Positions 36,022 to 45,362 of a stretch of 64,000 nucleotides of DNA are shown here, piece by piece. The notes below the pieces were generated by a model that was given only the letters and a program-made list of their open reading frames with translations, was not told the origin of the DNA and searched no databases. A program made the translations under genes and the position numbers. The stretch lies in sequence record LR756501.1; one strand, written 5' to 3'. The stretch's first letter is position 1. Each line of letters opens with the position of its first letter.

Positions 36022-36221
36022 TTAATGTATGTTATCTCTCCTTTCATTTATTTTTATTAATGTTTCGGTAGTTATATACCAAAATTTTTAAAAGTTGTGC
36101 GTATATATCTCAATCAATATATCATTTTTTTCCAAAATTTGATACAGCATCAACCGTTATACCAATAAAATCAATGATTGTATTAAAATATTAGACGTAA
36201 AAAAAGTGAAAAATTTTCACT

Positions 36222-36542
36222 TTATTTTGATGTAAATTCGTCGTAATCGTCCAAGTTACTTTCCTCTTGTGGGTTATCTTTTTCGAAGTATATTCTATCC
36301 ATTAAGACTCTATAAAAAAGTAGATCATATACTTGACTTTCAAATGATATAGGATATTTACCTTCGTCGTATATGTGTTTTAAATCACCGAGACCCATTA
36401 AAATTCTTTTGAAATTTTTTTTAATCAGAAAATATTTCCTAATTTCGTCAGACTTAAGTCCCTTTTTTCGATAAATACCATCAACTATATGTTTAATCCT
36501 ATTATATAACTCTGTAATTGTTGAATCGCTCCTGCCTATCAT
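36222..36542 (-). CDS. Hypothetical protein
   Basis: TAATATATA on minus strand at 36565-73. Confidence 0.65.
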   Translation of the reverse strand: MIGRSDSTITELYNRIKHIVDGIYRKKGLKSDEIRKYFLIKKNFKRILMGLGDLKHIYDEGKYPISFESQVYDLLFYRVLMDRIYFEKDNPQEESNLDDYDEFTSK

Positions 36543-36621
36543 TTAAACTTACGATTTTTTTACTTATATATTAAATAAATATTATAAGATTTTTATATAT
36601 ACTCAAAACCAATATAACGTT

Positions 36622-37848
36622 ATGAATATTAGAGAAATGTTTTTGAATTTAACAAAATTCACAGTTCCACACGGTTACGAAGATAGCCTTAAACAATACA
36701 TGCCTAAAGGATCAACAAGAGACGAATTTGGCAACTATTCTATCACAATAGGCAATAGTGAAACTCTTTTTACTTCCCATCTCGATACAGTTAGTCGTGA
36801 AGTAGAAAAGGTAAATCATATCATAGAAGGTGATATTATTAAAACTGATGGTACAACCATACTCGGTGGAGATAATAAAACTGGTGTCTGCATATTGCTT
36901 AATATGATAGAACACAACATACCTGGCACATATTATTTCTTCGCTGGTGAAGAACCTACCGCTAAAGAAGGTGGATTATACGGTTCGAAACACGCTTTAG
37001 CAGCCAACCCTGATTTCTTTAAGAAATTTAAAAGAGCAGTTTGCTTCGATAGAAAATATCAAGGTTCAATTGTTACAAGACAAATGGCTAGGTTCACTTG
37101 TAGTAACGAATTCGTTGACGCTCTAATAAAAGAATTTGCAGGACAAGGATTACCATTTCAACCAGATGAAACTGGTTGGTACACAGATACAGCAGTATTT
37201 ATTAACGTTATACCAGAGGTTACTAACTTATCATCAGGCACTTATAAAGAACATTCCCCAGAAGAATATGTTGATATGAGTTATCTTGAGAAGGTTGCTG
37301 ACGCCGCTCTTCATATCGATTGGGAGAATTTACCAACAGTAAGAGTCGCAAAAAGAGAAACATCAAGAACTGAGAACGCTGTACATAAATTTGATAAGTT
37401 CAAAAATTTAAAATCAGATCAGAAAATCTTTAATATCATTAACGGTTACTTGAGTAATTTCAATTATCTTTGTTTGAACGACGACGAATTCGAACCAGGA
37501 CTTAACATGATATTCTCACAATGGCACAAAGAACAAAGAGTTCTAGTTAAAGTCCAAGACGGTATCATTTCCCTAAACAACGAAAGAATAGGCAATCTGA
37601 AAGAATTCGAAGAATACGTTGGAATTGGTTTCGAACAAAAGATTGATGTTGAACAACTTATGGAGATAATAGATAATTTATCTGATAAGTTAGAGACTGA
37701 TACATTCAGTATTGATAGGTTGGCTAAGGTGTTTGCTCATTTCAACGTGACTATTCAGGATTTTGCTGATTATATGGTTAGTAAAGACTGCCAGTTAAAG
37801 GATTATTTAAGATATAATCCAAGGACGCAAAAAGTAACACTTAAATAA
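36622..37848 (+). CDS. M28/M20-family zinc peptidase with C-terminal extension
   Basis: TSHLDTV, LGGDNKTG, FAGEE, FDRK, YTDT, EHS. Confidence 0.82.
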   Translation: MNIREMFLNLTKFTVPHGYEDSLKQYMPKGSTRDEFGNYSITIGNSETLFTSHLDTVSREVEKVNHIIEGDIIKTDGTTILGGDNKTGVCILLNMIEHNIPGTYYFFAGEEPTAKEGGLYGSKHALAANPDFFKKFKRAVCFDRKYQGSIVTRQMARFTCSNEFVDALIKEFAGQGLPFQPDETGWYTDTAVFINVIPEVTNLSSGTYKEHSPEEYVDMSYLEKVADAALHIDWENLPTVRVAKRETSRTENAVHKFDKFKNLKSDQKIFNIINGYLSNFNYLCLNDDEFEPGLNMIFSQWHKEQRVLVKVQDGIISLNNERIGNLKEFEEYVGIGFEQKIDVEQLMEIIDNLSDKLETDTFSIDRLAKVFAHFNVTIQDFADYMVSKDCQLKDYLRYNPRTQKVTLK

Positions 37849-37861
37849 ACTTTTCTAGTTT

Positions 37862-37919
37862 AATTTGATATATTTTCTAAATGGTGCTTAATTGTGCTAT
37901 TTAAAAAATATATCAAATT
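37862..37919 (+). promoter_or_regulatory. Long hairpin immediately 5' of the polymerase start codon
   Basis: 15-bp perfect inverted repeat AATTTGATATATTTT/AAAATATATCAAATT plus imperfect inner stem; ends 3 nt before ATG 37923. Confidence 0.6.
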
Positions 37920-37922
37920 TTA

Positions 37923-39623
37923 ATGGCTGATGTTGCTTTAACTAACAGGACATATAATGAAACTATAAAGCGTGCTGATCAATACTGTAAAAGTAAAGAG
38001 TATGACGAAGCATTAAGCCTGTATAAGAAAGCTTACACCCTCAAATCTGATTTAGAATACGCCCCAAAACAAATTGCTAAACTCAATAGAATTTTAGAAT
38101 TAAAATCTAAAATATCAGAGAAGTCTGCTTCCTACTCTTACAACAAGGCAATGCAAATGGCACTTAAAACAGTGCTTAACGCCACATACGGTGCATTTGC
38201 TAACAAATATTTCGTACTTTCTAATTCAAAGATCGCCAACGCCATCACAGCTATGGGCAGAGATCTTATTAGATATATGATTATTTGCTCAGAAGATTAT
38301 TTCTATAATAAATGGCACCTTGATATTGATAAACATTCTTTACTTGGTATGGAATACATCGCCAAAGGTAAAACAGATGGTAAGTATTATTTTCTCAATA
38401 AAGAATACAAGAAAACAGATAGACCTTATTCGTCTTTTAATACAAACGAATTAGGTGATATTCTTTTATCTAGAAAAATTTCAATAGATAGACTAAAGAA
38501 AATAGAAGGAGAAGTTGGTGATTACGAGTTAATGTACGAATACAAAATATTCGACCTAACAGATATTAAACCACTAGACCTAAAACCTAAATGGAAACAC
38601 GATTTAGATAATGGTGTTGATTTCTATGACGGTCCTAATAAAATTAGTATGTACGGAGATACTGATTCCTATTACCTTTCATATAAACCTATTATGGATT
38701 CGGTTGGATATAAAGGCGACGAGCTTGAGTTTATTCTTCACTTTGATAAGATTGTTATGAAGAAGATTCACGGTGAGTTCTTACAGATCTATGCTGATAA
38801 ATACGGTGTTGTTAATAAACAAGACTTTGAGTTGGAAACCATCAGTAAATCAATTCTTTTCTTTGAGAAGAAAAACTATCTCAAAAACGTAGTGTGGGAA
38901 GACGGTATATTTTTTGAACCTTTATCTTACTTCTCACCAACAGGTATTAGAATTGTAAGAAGTGAAACTCCACCATTTGTGCGTGGTAAAGATCAGAAAG
39001 GTGGAGTCTGGGAGTTTATAAAATATTTGTTTATAGACCCCGAGAACTTAAATATCAAGGACATTCTAAAGATTGTAAAACAAATTAGAAAAGAATTTGA
39101 TTTGGAAGAGATTGATAATATATCAAGTCAAGTAGGATGTTCGAATTACAGGGATAAGATTATTAACGATACAACTGGTATTGAAGTGGTGGATCACGCA
39201 CACTACGCTGTAAAGGCTGCAGGTTTCTACAATTACTTATTGAATAAGAACTCTGAATATAAAACAAAATACGATATGATTAGAGGCGGTGGTAGAATAA
39301 AATATTACTACTGTAAACACGACAAACACAACGTGTTTGGATATTTAAGAGGAATGCATCCAACAGAGATAACTGAGAAAGAAGCAGTTATGTTTGATTA
39401 CGACGCACAATTTGATAAGACTGTACTTTCTATTTGTAATAGTTTCTTGAAGGCTTTGGATTTACCGATGATTAATAAGAGAATGTCTATTCTTGGATCG
39501 TTATTTGCTTTCAAATTAAAACAACCTAAAATTGAAGATCCACAAGAGGAAGATGAAGGACCAGTAGTAGGTATGTTATTTGACGCCGATGATTACGTAG
39601 ATGAGGATGATTTATTAGATTAA
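37923..39623 (+). CDS. Family B DNA polymerase, C-terminal subunit of a split enzyme
   Basis: Motif B QMALKTVLNATYG, motif C YGDTDS, KKNY; no exonuclease motifs or motif A. Confidence 0.9.
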   Translation: MADVALTNRTYNETIKRADQYCKSKEYDEALSLYKKAYTLKSDLEYAPKQIAKLNRILELKSKISEKSASYSYNKAMQMALKTVLNATYGAFANKYFVLSNSKIANAITAMGRDLIRYMIICSEDYFYNKWHLDIDKHSLLGMEYIAKGKTDGKYYFLNKEYKKTDRPYSSFNTNELGDILLSRKISIDRLKKIEGEVGDYELMYEYKIFDLTDIKPLDLKPKWKHDLDNGVDFYDGPNKISMYGDTDSYYLSYKPIMDSVGYKGDELEFILHFDKIVMKKIHGEFLQIYADKYGVVNKQDFELETISKSILFFEKKNYLKNVVWEDGIFFEPLSYFSPTGIRIVRSETPPFVRGKDQKGGVWEFIKYLFIDPENLNIKDILKIVKQIRKEFDLEEIDNISSQVGCSNYRDKIINDTTGIEVVDHAHYAVKAAGFYNYLLNKNSEYKTKYDMIRGGGRIKYYYCKHDKHNVFGYLRGMHPTEITEKEAVMFDYDAQFDKTVLSICNSFLKALDLPMINKRMSILGSLFAFKLKQPKIEDPQEEDEGPVVGMLFDADDYVDEDDLLD

Positions 39624-39625
39624 AC

Positions 39626-39655
39626 AAAAAAGAGGACTTAGAGTCCTCTTTTTTT
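39626..39655. terminator. Bidirectional terminator between convergent genes
   Basis: AAAAAAGAGGACT-TAG-AGTCCTCTTTTTT. Confidence 0.85.
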
Positions 39656-40748
39656 ATTTTTTCACATTTAAAATTGGCTTACCAGCCATTTTATTTATTC
39701 CTTTCTTAACTTTAGTTGATAATCTTCTATCATAGTCAAGTTTATTGTTAGTGTGATAACTACCACCCATATCTTCCCATCCAGTATCTAATTTTCTAAA
39801 ATCAGCCTCAACAGAAGAAACAAAATTATAAAGCGATCTCTTAGGATTGAATGGTTTATAATCATACCACCATTCTTTTAATTGCCAGTCTGGTGAGTCT
39901 CTTAAAACTTGTTCTGATCTAAAGGGTTGATCTTCTAAATTCATTAGGTAATTTATAATTTTTTCTTTCTTTTCTGGTTCTAAAACCAAATCGTAATCTA
40001 ATCTTCTTCTTGAAAGACGACTGGCTCCTAAATCTATCTCTTCAAACATTTGAAATGATTGAACGTGATTAAGACTATCAAAAACGGATGAATCAGTAGA
40101 ATATCTAATTTTATCAGTTTTATATCCGCCTTTTATACCACCAACTTTATCTTCTCTATAAGCGTCTTTCTGTTGCTTTAGTTTCAATAGAAATTTAATA
40201 ACGCTTTCAAAATCGTGACGATTCATAGCTTTTGGATTACCAAGTGGATCACCAGCTGGTTCTATGTTTTCTCTATGTGGGAATTTTTCAATTTTTTGAT
40301 GTTTCATAATTTCTTTCCTATCATCCATAACCATATTCTTTCCTAGATTCTTTCTACCTACTTCCATATAAGGAGGTAAGTATCTGATTTCATCATAACC
40401 CCTCTTTCTAAAACACACCATTATTCTATATCCATCAACACACCAAGTATAAGAATTAAGATCGGGATCGTTAGTTCTATTAACTATTATATCAGAAGGG
40501 TTTAAATGAATATCAGATAAAATCTTTTTGGCTTCTATAAATTCATCGTAATCTATTCCTACTGGCGCTAACATTTCAGTAGTATCTTTCTTCGTTTTAT
40601 AATCCCATTTATTTTTTATAAAAAATGGTTCGTTTGGATCTTTTACATTTTTTTTAGTTGGATCTAAAACAGATCCAATAGGAGATCCAAGATATTGATT
40701 AGTTCCTTTAAAATATCTATATTCTTCGTTTGTTTTAACGTGGTTCAT
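39654..40748 (-). CDS. Hypothetical multi-module protein starting MNHVKTNEE
   Basis: Start reassigned to 40748 by identity with the start of the upstream paralog. Confidence 0.75.
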   Translation of the reverse strand: MNHVKTNEEYRYFKGTNQYLGSPIGSVLDPTKKNVKDPNEPFFIKNKWDYKTKKDTTEMLAPVGIDYDEFIEAKKILSDIHLNPSDIIVNRTNDPDLNSYTWCVDGYRIMVCFRKRGYDEIRYLPPYMEVGRKNLGKNMVMDDRKEIMKHQKIEKFPHRENIEPAGDPLGNPKAMNRHDFESVIKFLLKLKQQKDAYREDKVGGIKGGYKTDKIRYSTDSSVFDSLNHVQSFQMFEEIDLGASRLSRRRLDYDLVLEPEKKEKIINYLMNLEDQPFRSEQVLRDSPDWQLKEWWYDYKPFNPKRSLYNFVSSVEADFRKLDTGWEDMGGSYHTNNKLDYDRRLSTKVKKGINKMAGKPILNVKK

Positions 40749-40764
40749 AATGGTGTTATTTTTT

Positions 40765-41388
40765 TTATCTGTGTTTAGATTTATATCTGTAAGAATCAAA
40801 GGCTGATTTATCCATTGAATGTTCGTCATCTAATGGTGGTTCGTCTTCTGTTGTTAGGTATTTATATCTATCACTTTTTCCTTTTTTTCTTAGTTCAACG
40901 TATTCAGATCTTTTATTTTTTTCTAAATTAATTAAATAGTTAGCAATAGTATTTAAATCTGGTTTCCCATCATAAATTCTATTTTTAAATATCTTCTTTT
41001 TACCTCCGATTGTAACAGTAACTATATTTTTATCTGGGATAAAGAAAATACGTTCGTCTTGGTCTTCATTTCCAGTTAAATACGTCCAATAATATTCACT
41101 ATTACTATCATATGTTCCTATTCCTTTATCATTCCATAATTTTGCGCCTCTGATTGAGTAATAAAAAACTCCTACATCTTCACAGAATTTTTCAAATTCG
41201 CTGTAAGACATATTCAAAGCGGCACAAATTTCTTCTTGATCTTTTTTTCTTTTGTAAGCCCCTTTATTCACATTAAAAAATGGTTCATCTGGATCTTTTA
41301 CATTAGGTCTTGGATTAGCCCATGAAGTATCATTGGTTGATTTAACTTTGAGGAATTTATATTCTTCGTTTGTCTTAACGTGGTTCAT
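40765..41388 (-). CDS. Hypothetical protein starting MNHVKTNEE (paralog)
   Basis: Shares MNHVKTNEEY and NVKDPxEPFF with 39654..40748. Confidence 0.75.
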   Translation of the reverse strand: MNHVKTNEEYKFLKVKSTNDTSWANPRPNVKDPDEPFFNVNKGAYKRKKDQEEICAALNMSYSEFEKFCEDVGVFYYSIRGAKLWNDKGIGTYDSNSEYYWTYLTGNEDQDERIFFIPDKNIVTVTIGGKKKIFKNRIYDGKPDLNTIANYLINLEKNKRSEYVELRKKGKSDRYKYLTTEDEPPLDDEHSMDKSAFDSYRYKSKHR

Positions 41389-41472
41389 ATGTCTGGATAT
41401 TATTTTTTATGTATATATTAATTATATTTTTTGATTTTTTTAATTTAATATATAAAAGAAAAATATAATTCA

Positions 41473-42210
41473 ATGCCGTTAACATTTCAAAAATTCTTTG
41501 AAGAATATACTAACTACCATTCTTTTATAGATTTACTTAATTTCTGTAAAGAAGTGGCTGACTACGTTTATAATAATCAAATCACCAAAAGTGATTTCTT
41601 TGATGAGTTTAAAGAAACAGATAAAGGGTACGAAATTATTTTTAACAGAAGTGGTAAGAAGAATTATTTTGTTGACGCTAAAAAGGAAAAAGTAAAAGAC
41701 GAAAAAGGTGACGATCAATTAATTGATAATGTATATCAAGACATTGAAACACTTTATAATATAATTAAAAATTACGAAATTGAAATAAATATAAAACAAA
41801 TAGACGAAGAAGTGAAAACATTTAATCAAATTATTCCAAACGAACCTTCTGTAAATGAAGGATTTGATGATGAACTTAAAGGTAAATTATCAGATAAATA
41901 CACCAGTCTTAAAAGGGGTATATTAGAATTACTTGATAAGACATTGAATGGTGATACTACAAAACTACAAAGTTTTATAGATGCTTACGTTGATCCAAAT
42001 TCAGATGAAATACTTGATGGATTTGTAGAAGACGCAGACATATTTGATTTTTATTTAAAATATCAAAGTGACGTAGACCAAATTCTTCTTGATCAAAATT
42101 ATTACGAAGATTCCCCAGAGGTTGAGAGTCTATATGATTACGTAATAGACGGCACATTTGACGCTGTCGTTTATTGTATGGAGGATATGCAAAAAGAAAT
42201 ATATGGATAA
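41473..42210 (+). CDS. Hypothetical acidic protein with CTS-like N-terminus and internal SVNE|G site
   Basis: MPLTFQKFFEE; TAATATATA at 41446-54. Confidence 0.75.
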   Translation: MPLTFQKFFEEYTNYHSFIDLLNFCKEVADYVYNNQITKSDFFDEFKETDKGYEIIFNRSGKKNYFVDAKKEKVKDEKGDDQLIDNVYQDIETLYNIIKNYEIEINIKQIDEEVKTFNQIIPNEPSVNEGFDDELKGKLSDKYTSLKRGILELLDKTLNGDTTKLQSFIDAYVDPNSDEILDGFVEDADIFDFYLKYQSDVDQILLDQNYYEDSPEVESLYDYVIDGTFDAVVYCMEDMQKEIYG

Positions 42211-42212
42211 AT

Positions 42213-42240
42213 AAAAAACCACTCATTTGAGTGGTTTTTT
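42213..42240. terminator. Bidirectional terminator
   Basis: AAAAAACCACTCA-TT-TGAGTGGTTTTTT between convergent genes. Confidence 0.85.
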
Positions 42241-42243
42241 GTT

Positions 42244-42645
42244 TTAATTAGGATTTATTTTTGTTTCTGGTGGGCCTCCTCCTGATGGAGTTAATCTAAC
42301 AATCATTAACTTTTTGATACATAACATATCACCGTCTTCTGATCTATATCTCTTTTCTGGATTTGTTAAATAACGAATCATAGCGTCTATTTCGTCTTGA
42401 GCTTTTTCTTCTGTTATAAATAATTTTATTTGTTTATAACCCACCTCATTATCTCTAACAATGTTATCATTATTGTTGGGCCTTGGCATTCCAGCTAAAT
42501 AACCTTGTCTATCGGGTGACCAAATTGCGTATAACGGAAAAGGGAGTCCTCCAAAATTATCCATTCCTGGTTTTACTTTTAAAGGTGCTTCAACGTAAGT
42601 AGCGTCAAATTTTTCTTTTTCTAATAGATTCTTCATATTAACCAA
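42244..42645 (-). CDS. Hypothetical protein
   Basis: Clean ORF; true start probably MKNLL at 42636. Confidence 0.65.
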   Translation of the reverse strand: MVNMKNLLEKEKFDATYVEAPLKVKPGMDNFGGLPFPLYAIWSPDRQGYLAGMPRPNNNDNIVRDNEVGYKQIKLFITEEKAQDEIDAMIRYLTNPEKRYRSEDGDMLCIKKLMIVRLTPSGGGPPETKINPN

Positions 42646-42811
42646 TCATTTCAGAAGTCCATTTCATTTTCTTCTGTTTCTTTTCTTTCTTCTTTTTCTT
42701 ACCACAAGAGCAAGCCGGCATATCACCTGAACCCATTTCCTCAAAAGTTTTTACGCTATTTTCTTCTTTGAGATCTTTTCCCCATTCTTCGTACATCTGT
42801 AAATTATTCAT
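42638..42811 (-). CDS. Small basic protein (57 aa, not in track), CTS-like N-terminus
   Basis: MNNLQMYEEW...VKTFEE...CSCGKKKKKEKKQKK. Confidence 0.65.
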   Translation of the reverse strand: MNNLQMYEEWGKDLKEENSVKTFEEMGSGDMPACSCGKKKKKEKKQKKMKWTSEMIG

Positions 42812-42813
42812 AG

Positions 42814-43137
42814 TTATACTTTATATTTTTCGTTTAAACTATCAATATGTTCATTGATGTTTTTAACATTGAAAGAACCAATTGCAGCATTAAGTTTCAC
42901 TTGTTCGAGAGTTAACACTTCTTGTTTGGCTTTTTCTTGTTGAACGTAGTTATAAAGAACGTCTGTGAGTTCTTCAAAACCATCTAAAGAAATATCAGGT
43001 GTACCATCGATATAACCAACGTTACCATCAATTTTAACTGTGATATTTTCTTTTATGAAAGTGTAGATATCGTTCTTGGTTTTATCCGTGAATTTACGTT
43101 CATCAAACTTTCCAATTTTCTGTGTGAATTTATCCAT
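42814..43137 (-). CDS. Hypothetical protein
   Basis: Clean ORF. Confidence 0.65.
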   Translation of the reverse strand: MDKFTQKIGKFDERKFTDKTKNDIYTFIKENITVKIDGNVGYIDGTPDISLDGFEELTDVLYNYVQQEKAKQEVLTLEQVKLNAAIGSFNVKNINEHIDSLNEKYKV

Positions 43138-43163
43138 TGTATAAATGTCTTATTTTTTGAAGA

Positions 43164-43580
43164 TTATTCTTTATCTTCTTTTTCCTTTTTACCTTTTTTG
43201 CCCTTATTGATCATTTCCATAAACCTAGCTCTTGCTGCTTTTTGTTTAGCTGAAGCTGCCTTCTTTTCAAGAACTAAACTTTCGTTTTCTTTCTTTTCTT
43301 CTTCTGGTTGTGCTTCTGGTTTTTCAGCTTTTTCAGTTGGTTTACCTGTCTTAACCTTATTCATACCAATAAGTTTCTTCAACTTCTTAGGTGATAAGTT
43401 TTTCAATTCTTTCTTGCTTTTGCCCGATTTTTGAGCAGCGAGTTTAATGAGTTCTTTTACTGAAACTCCTTCTAACACTGCAAAACCACCAATTTCAGTA
43501 TTCTTTGTTGGTTTTTGGTGTGGTTGAAGATGATCGTATTCAGTGAACTTCAATAAATTATTTAATTTGTCTTTTGCCAT
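43164..43580 (-). CDS. Lys-rich putative DNA-binding internal protein
   Basis: NNLLKFTEY, VLE|G and VLE|K sites, very basic; TAATATATA on minus strand at 43603-11. Confidence 0.65.
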   Translation of the reverse strand: MAKDKLNNLLKFTEYDHLQPHQKPTKNTEIGGFAVLEGVSVKELIKLAAQKSGKSKKELKNLSPKKLKKLIGMNKVKTGKPTEKAEKPEAQPEEEKKENESLVLEKKAASAKQKAARARFMEMINKGKKGKKEKEDKE

Positions 43581-43633
43581 GGCTTTAATCTTATTTTTTA
43601 TGTATATATTAATAATTTAATTCAAAATATTTC

Positions 43634-43777
43634 TTAATCAGCAATACCCTTTTTATTTGTTACTCTCATCAACCAATCTCTCTCACCTTCTACTCTGTAC
43701 ATCACATAAAGAATGTAAGCAATAGATAAAAATCCAACAAATATAATTGACGCTAATATAATAAGGAAAGTAATCAT
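43634..43777 (-). CDS. Small membrane protein (47 aa, not in track)
   Basis: MITFLIILASIIFVGFLSIAYILYVMY... Confidence 0.55.
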   Translation of the reverse strand: MITFLIILASIIFVGFLSIAYILYVMYRVEGERDWLMRVTNKKGIAD

Positions 43778-43904
43778 AAGGTATAGTATTTTTGTTCTAT
43801 ATATTATTTATTAAAAACCGATTTTTTTAAACTCGATAAAAATGTGGGCATATAATATTAGAGAGATGATTAATTAATAAGTACTAATTTTAAACTAAAC
43901 AAAG

Positions 43905-44198
43905 ATGGAAAACAAAGATTTAATGCTAGATGTAGTTGAAAAATGGGGAGAAGAAGCACAGATGGATATGATTATCGAAAAGAGTCTCCTCTTAGCTATT
44001 GCTATCCAAAAGTTAAAAAGAGTCGAACGCAGAGAAGATCAATTATCGTACAACACTTCATATAACGAAGTATGCGAAAGAGTTGCCGATATGCGTTTAA
44101 TGGTAGAACAAGCTGAATTCTTATTCAACACAACTGAAATTAACAACCATTACAAAAACAAGGTGGAACATCTCATCCTAGCCTTGAATGAGTTTTAA
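43905..44198 (+). CDS. MazG-like all-alpha NTP pyrophosphohydrolase fold with degenerate acidic motifs
   Basis: KWG...Q...IIEKSLLLAIAIQK...ERVADMRLMVEQ versus canonical EExxEL...EExAD. Confidence 0.55.
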   Translation: MENKDLMLDVVEKWGEEAQMDMIIEKSLLLAIAIQKLKRVERREDQLSYNTSYNEVCERVADMRLMVEQAEFLFNTTEINNHYKNKVEHLILALNEF

Positions 44199-44201
44199 CA
44201 A

Positions 44202-44236
44202 TTAAAAGAGGGAGACTAAACCACTCCCTCTTTTAA
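44202..44236 (+). terminator. Terminator-like hairpin
   Basis: TTAAAAGAGGGAG...CTCCCTCTTTTAA. Confidence 0.7.
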
Positions 44237-44246
44237 TAATCTAATT

Positions 44247-44933
44247 ATGGCACAATCAAATAAACATTTACCAAAAATGATAAGTAATTTCAATGAGTTT
44301 GAAGGCGAAATCATTAAATATTCTGATTACGTTGGTGAAACACTAGACGCAAGTTTAAATCAATTAAACGAAGTTCCTCAAAAAACATGGACTGTTGAAG
44401 ATAGCCAACAACTATCCTCACAATTAGTTGGTGTTAAACACCCCTGGACAAGAGACCAATACGAAAAATTCGCTCATCCAGACGTTAAAAAAGATATAAA
44501 CTACGAAGCTTATATAGCTATGTGGAACACACATGCCCCAGAAGATCAAAGAGTTATTCTCGAGAAATCACCAGCCAGAGGGTTTAATGTTGATAGAAGA
44601 CCTAAAAATGAAACACAGAAACCAACCCCAAAACAAAAAAGAGAAGCTGGTAAAACAAATCCATATGGGAGTTATCCTGTGAGTTATGGCACAGGTGGTT
44701 ATGGTACAAGTGGTGGTTCAGGTGTAATCGATGATTTTGAAAAGAAATATCCAGCTCCTGCTTCTTATCCATATACTTATGAAAAATCAAATAAAGAAAT
44801 AGAAAAAGTGAAAGATAGTTCTGAAACATCAACGTGGAGTAAAATTAAAATCGAAACACGTATAATGATAGTAACAATGATTATAGGTGTTATATTATCT
44901 TTTATAACAGTTTTAATTTTAATGCTTAAATAA
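44247..44933 (+). CDS. Hypothetical protein with C-terminal TM anchor
   Basis: STWSKIKIETRIMIVTMIIGVILSF tail. Confidence 0.7.
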   Translation: MAQSNKHLPKMISNFNEFEGEIIKYSDYVGETLDASLNQLNEVPQKTWTVEDSQQLSSQLVGVKHPWTRDQYEKFAHPDVKKDINYEAYIAMWNTHAPEDQRVILEKSPARGFNVDRRPKNETQKPTPKQKREAGKTNPYGSYPVSYGTGGYGTSGGSGVIDDFEKKYPAPASYPYTYEKSNKEIEKVKDSSETSTWSKIKIETRIMIVTMIIGVILSFITVLILMLK

Positions 44934-44934
44934 A

Positions 44935-45165
44935 ATGAGTGCTTACGACGAATACCTCAGAGAAGAAATGAATAAAACAAGGGCATATTCAGAATATGTT
45001 GCTAGTTATGTTAATCAATTAGTAGATAAAAAAGAGACTAAAATTAAACAATTGAAAACTCCCAATCAGTCAATTTGGGACAGACTTAAAATTGAAGCCA
45101 AAATATCAATTATCATTGGTATCGCTGGCCTTGTATTATCATTCTTAACACTTATTACAAAATGA
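44935..45165 (+). CDS. Short paralog of 44247..44933 with C-terminal TM anchor
   Basis: SIWDRLKIEAKISIIIGIAGLVLSF tail; YSEYV resembles YSDYV. Confidence 0.7.
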   Translation: MSAYDEYLREEMNKTRAYSEYVASYVNQLVDKKETKIKQLKTPNQSIWDRLKIEAKISIIIGIAGLVLSFLTLITK

Positions 45166-45362
45166 ACTTAAATGAATTAGATCCTTACGGGGAAGAAAAT
45201 TGGTCTGATGAATTACGTCAAGAACCAGATTATAAAGGAATATGTCTTCACCTTGAAGAGTGGGAAAAGAAAGGAATTCCTCATAGTTTATCAGATATGA
45301 TATATTTAGCCAATAAATATAATATTCCCGTTCCAGTTAAAAAAGTAATTAGATATATATGA
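45162..45362 (+). CDS. Small protein with N-terminal DPYGEENW
   Basis: MNLNELDPYGEENW. Confidence 0.7.
   Translation: MNLNELDPYGEENWSDELRQEPDYKGICLHLEEWEKKGIPHSLSDMIYLANKYNIPVPVKKVIRYI

Noticed and set aside
38300-38640. Intein in the polymerase insertion
   Set aside because: No N-terminal C/S block or C-terminal HN|C/S/T signature is visible.
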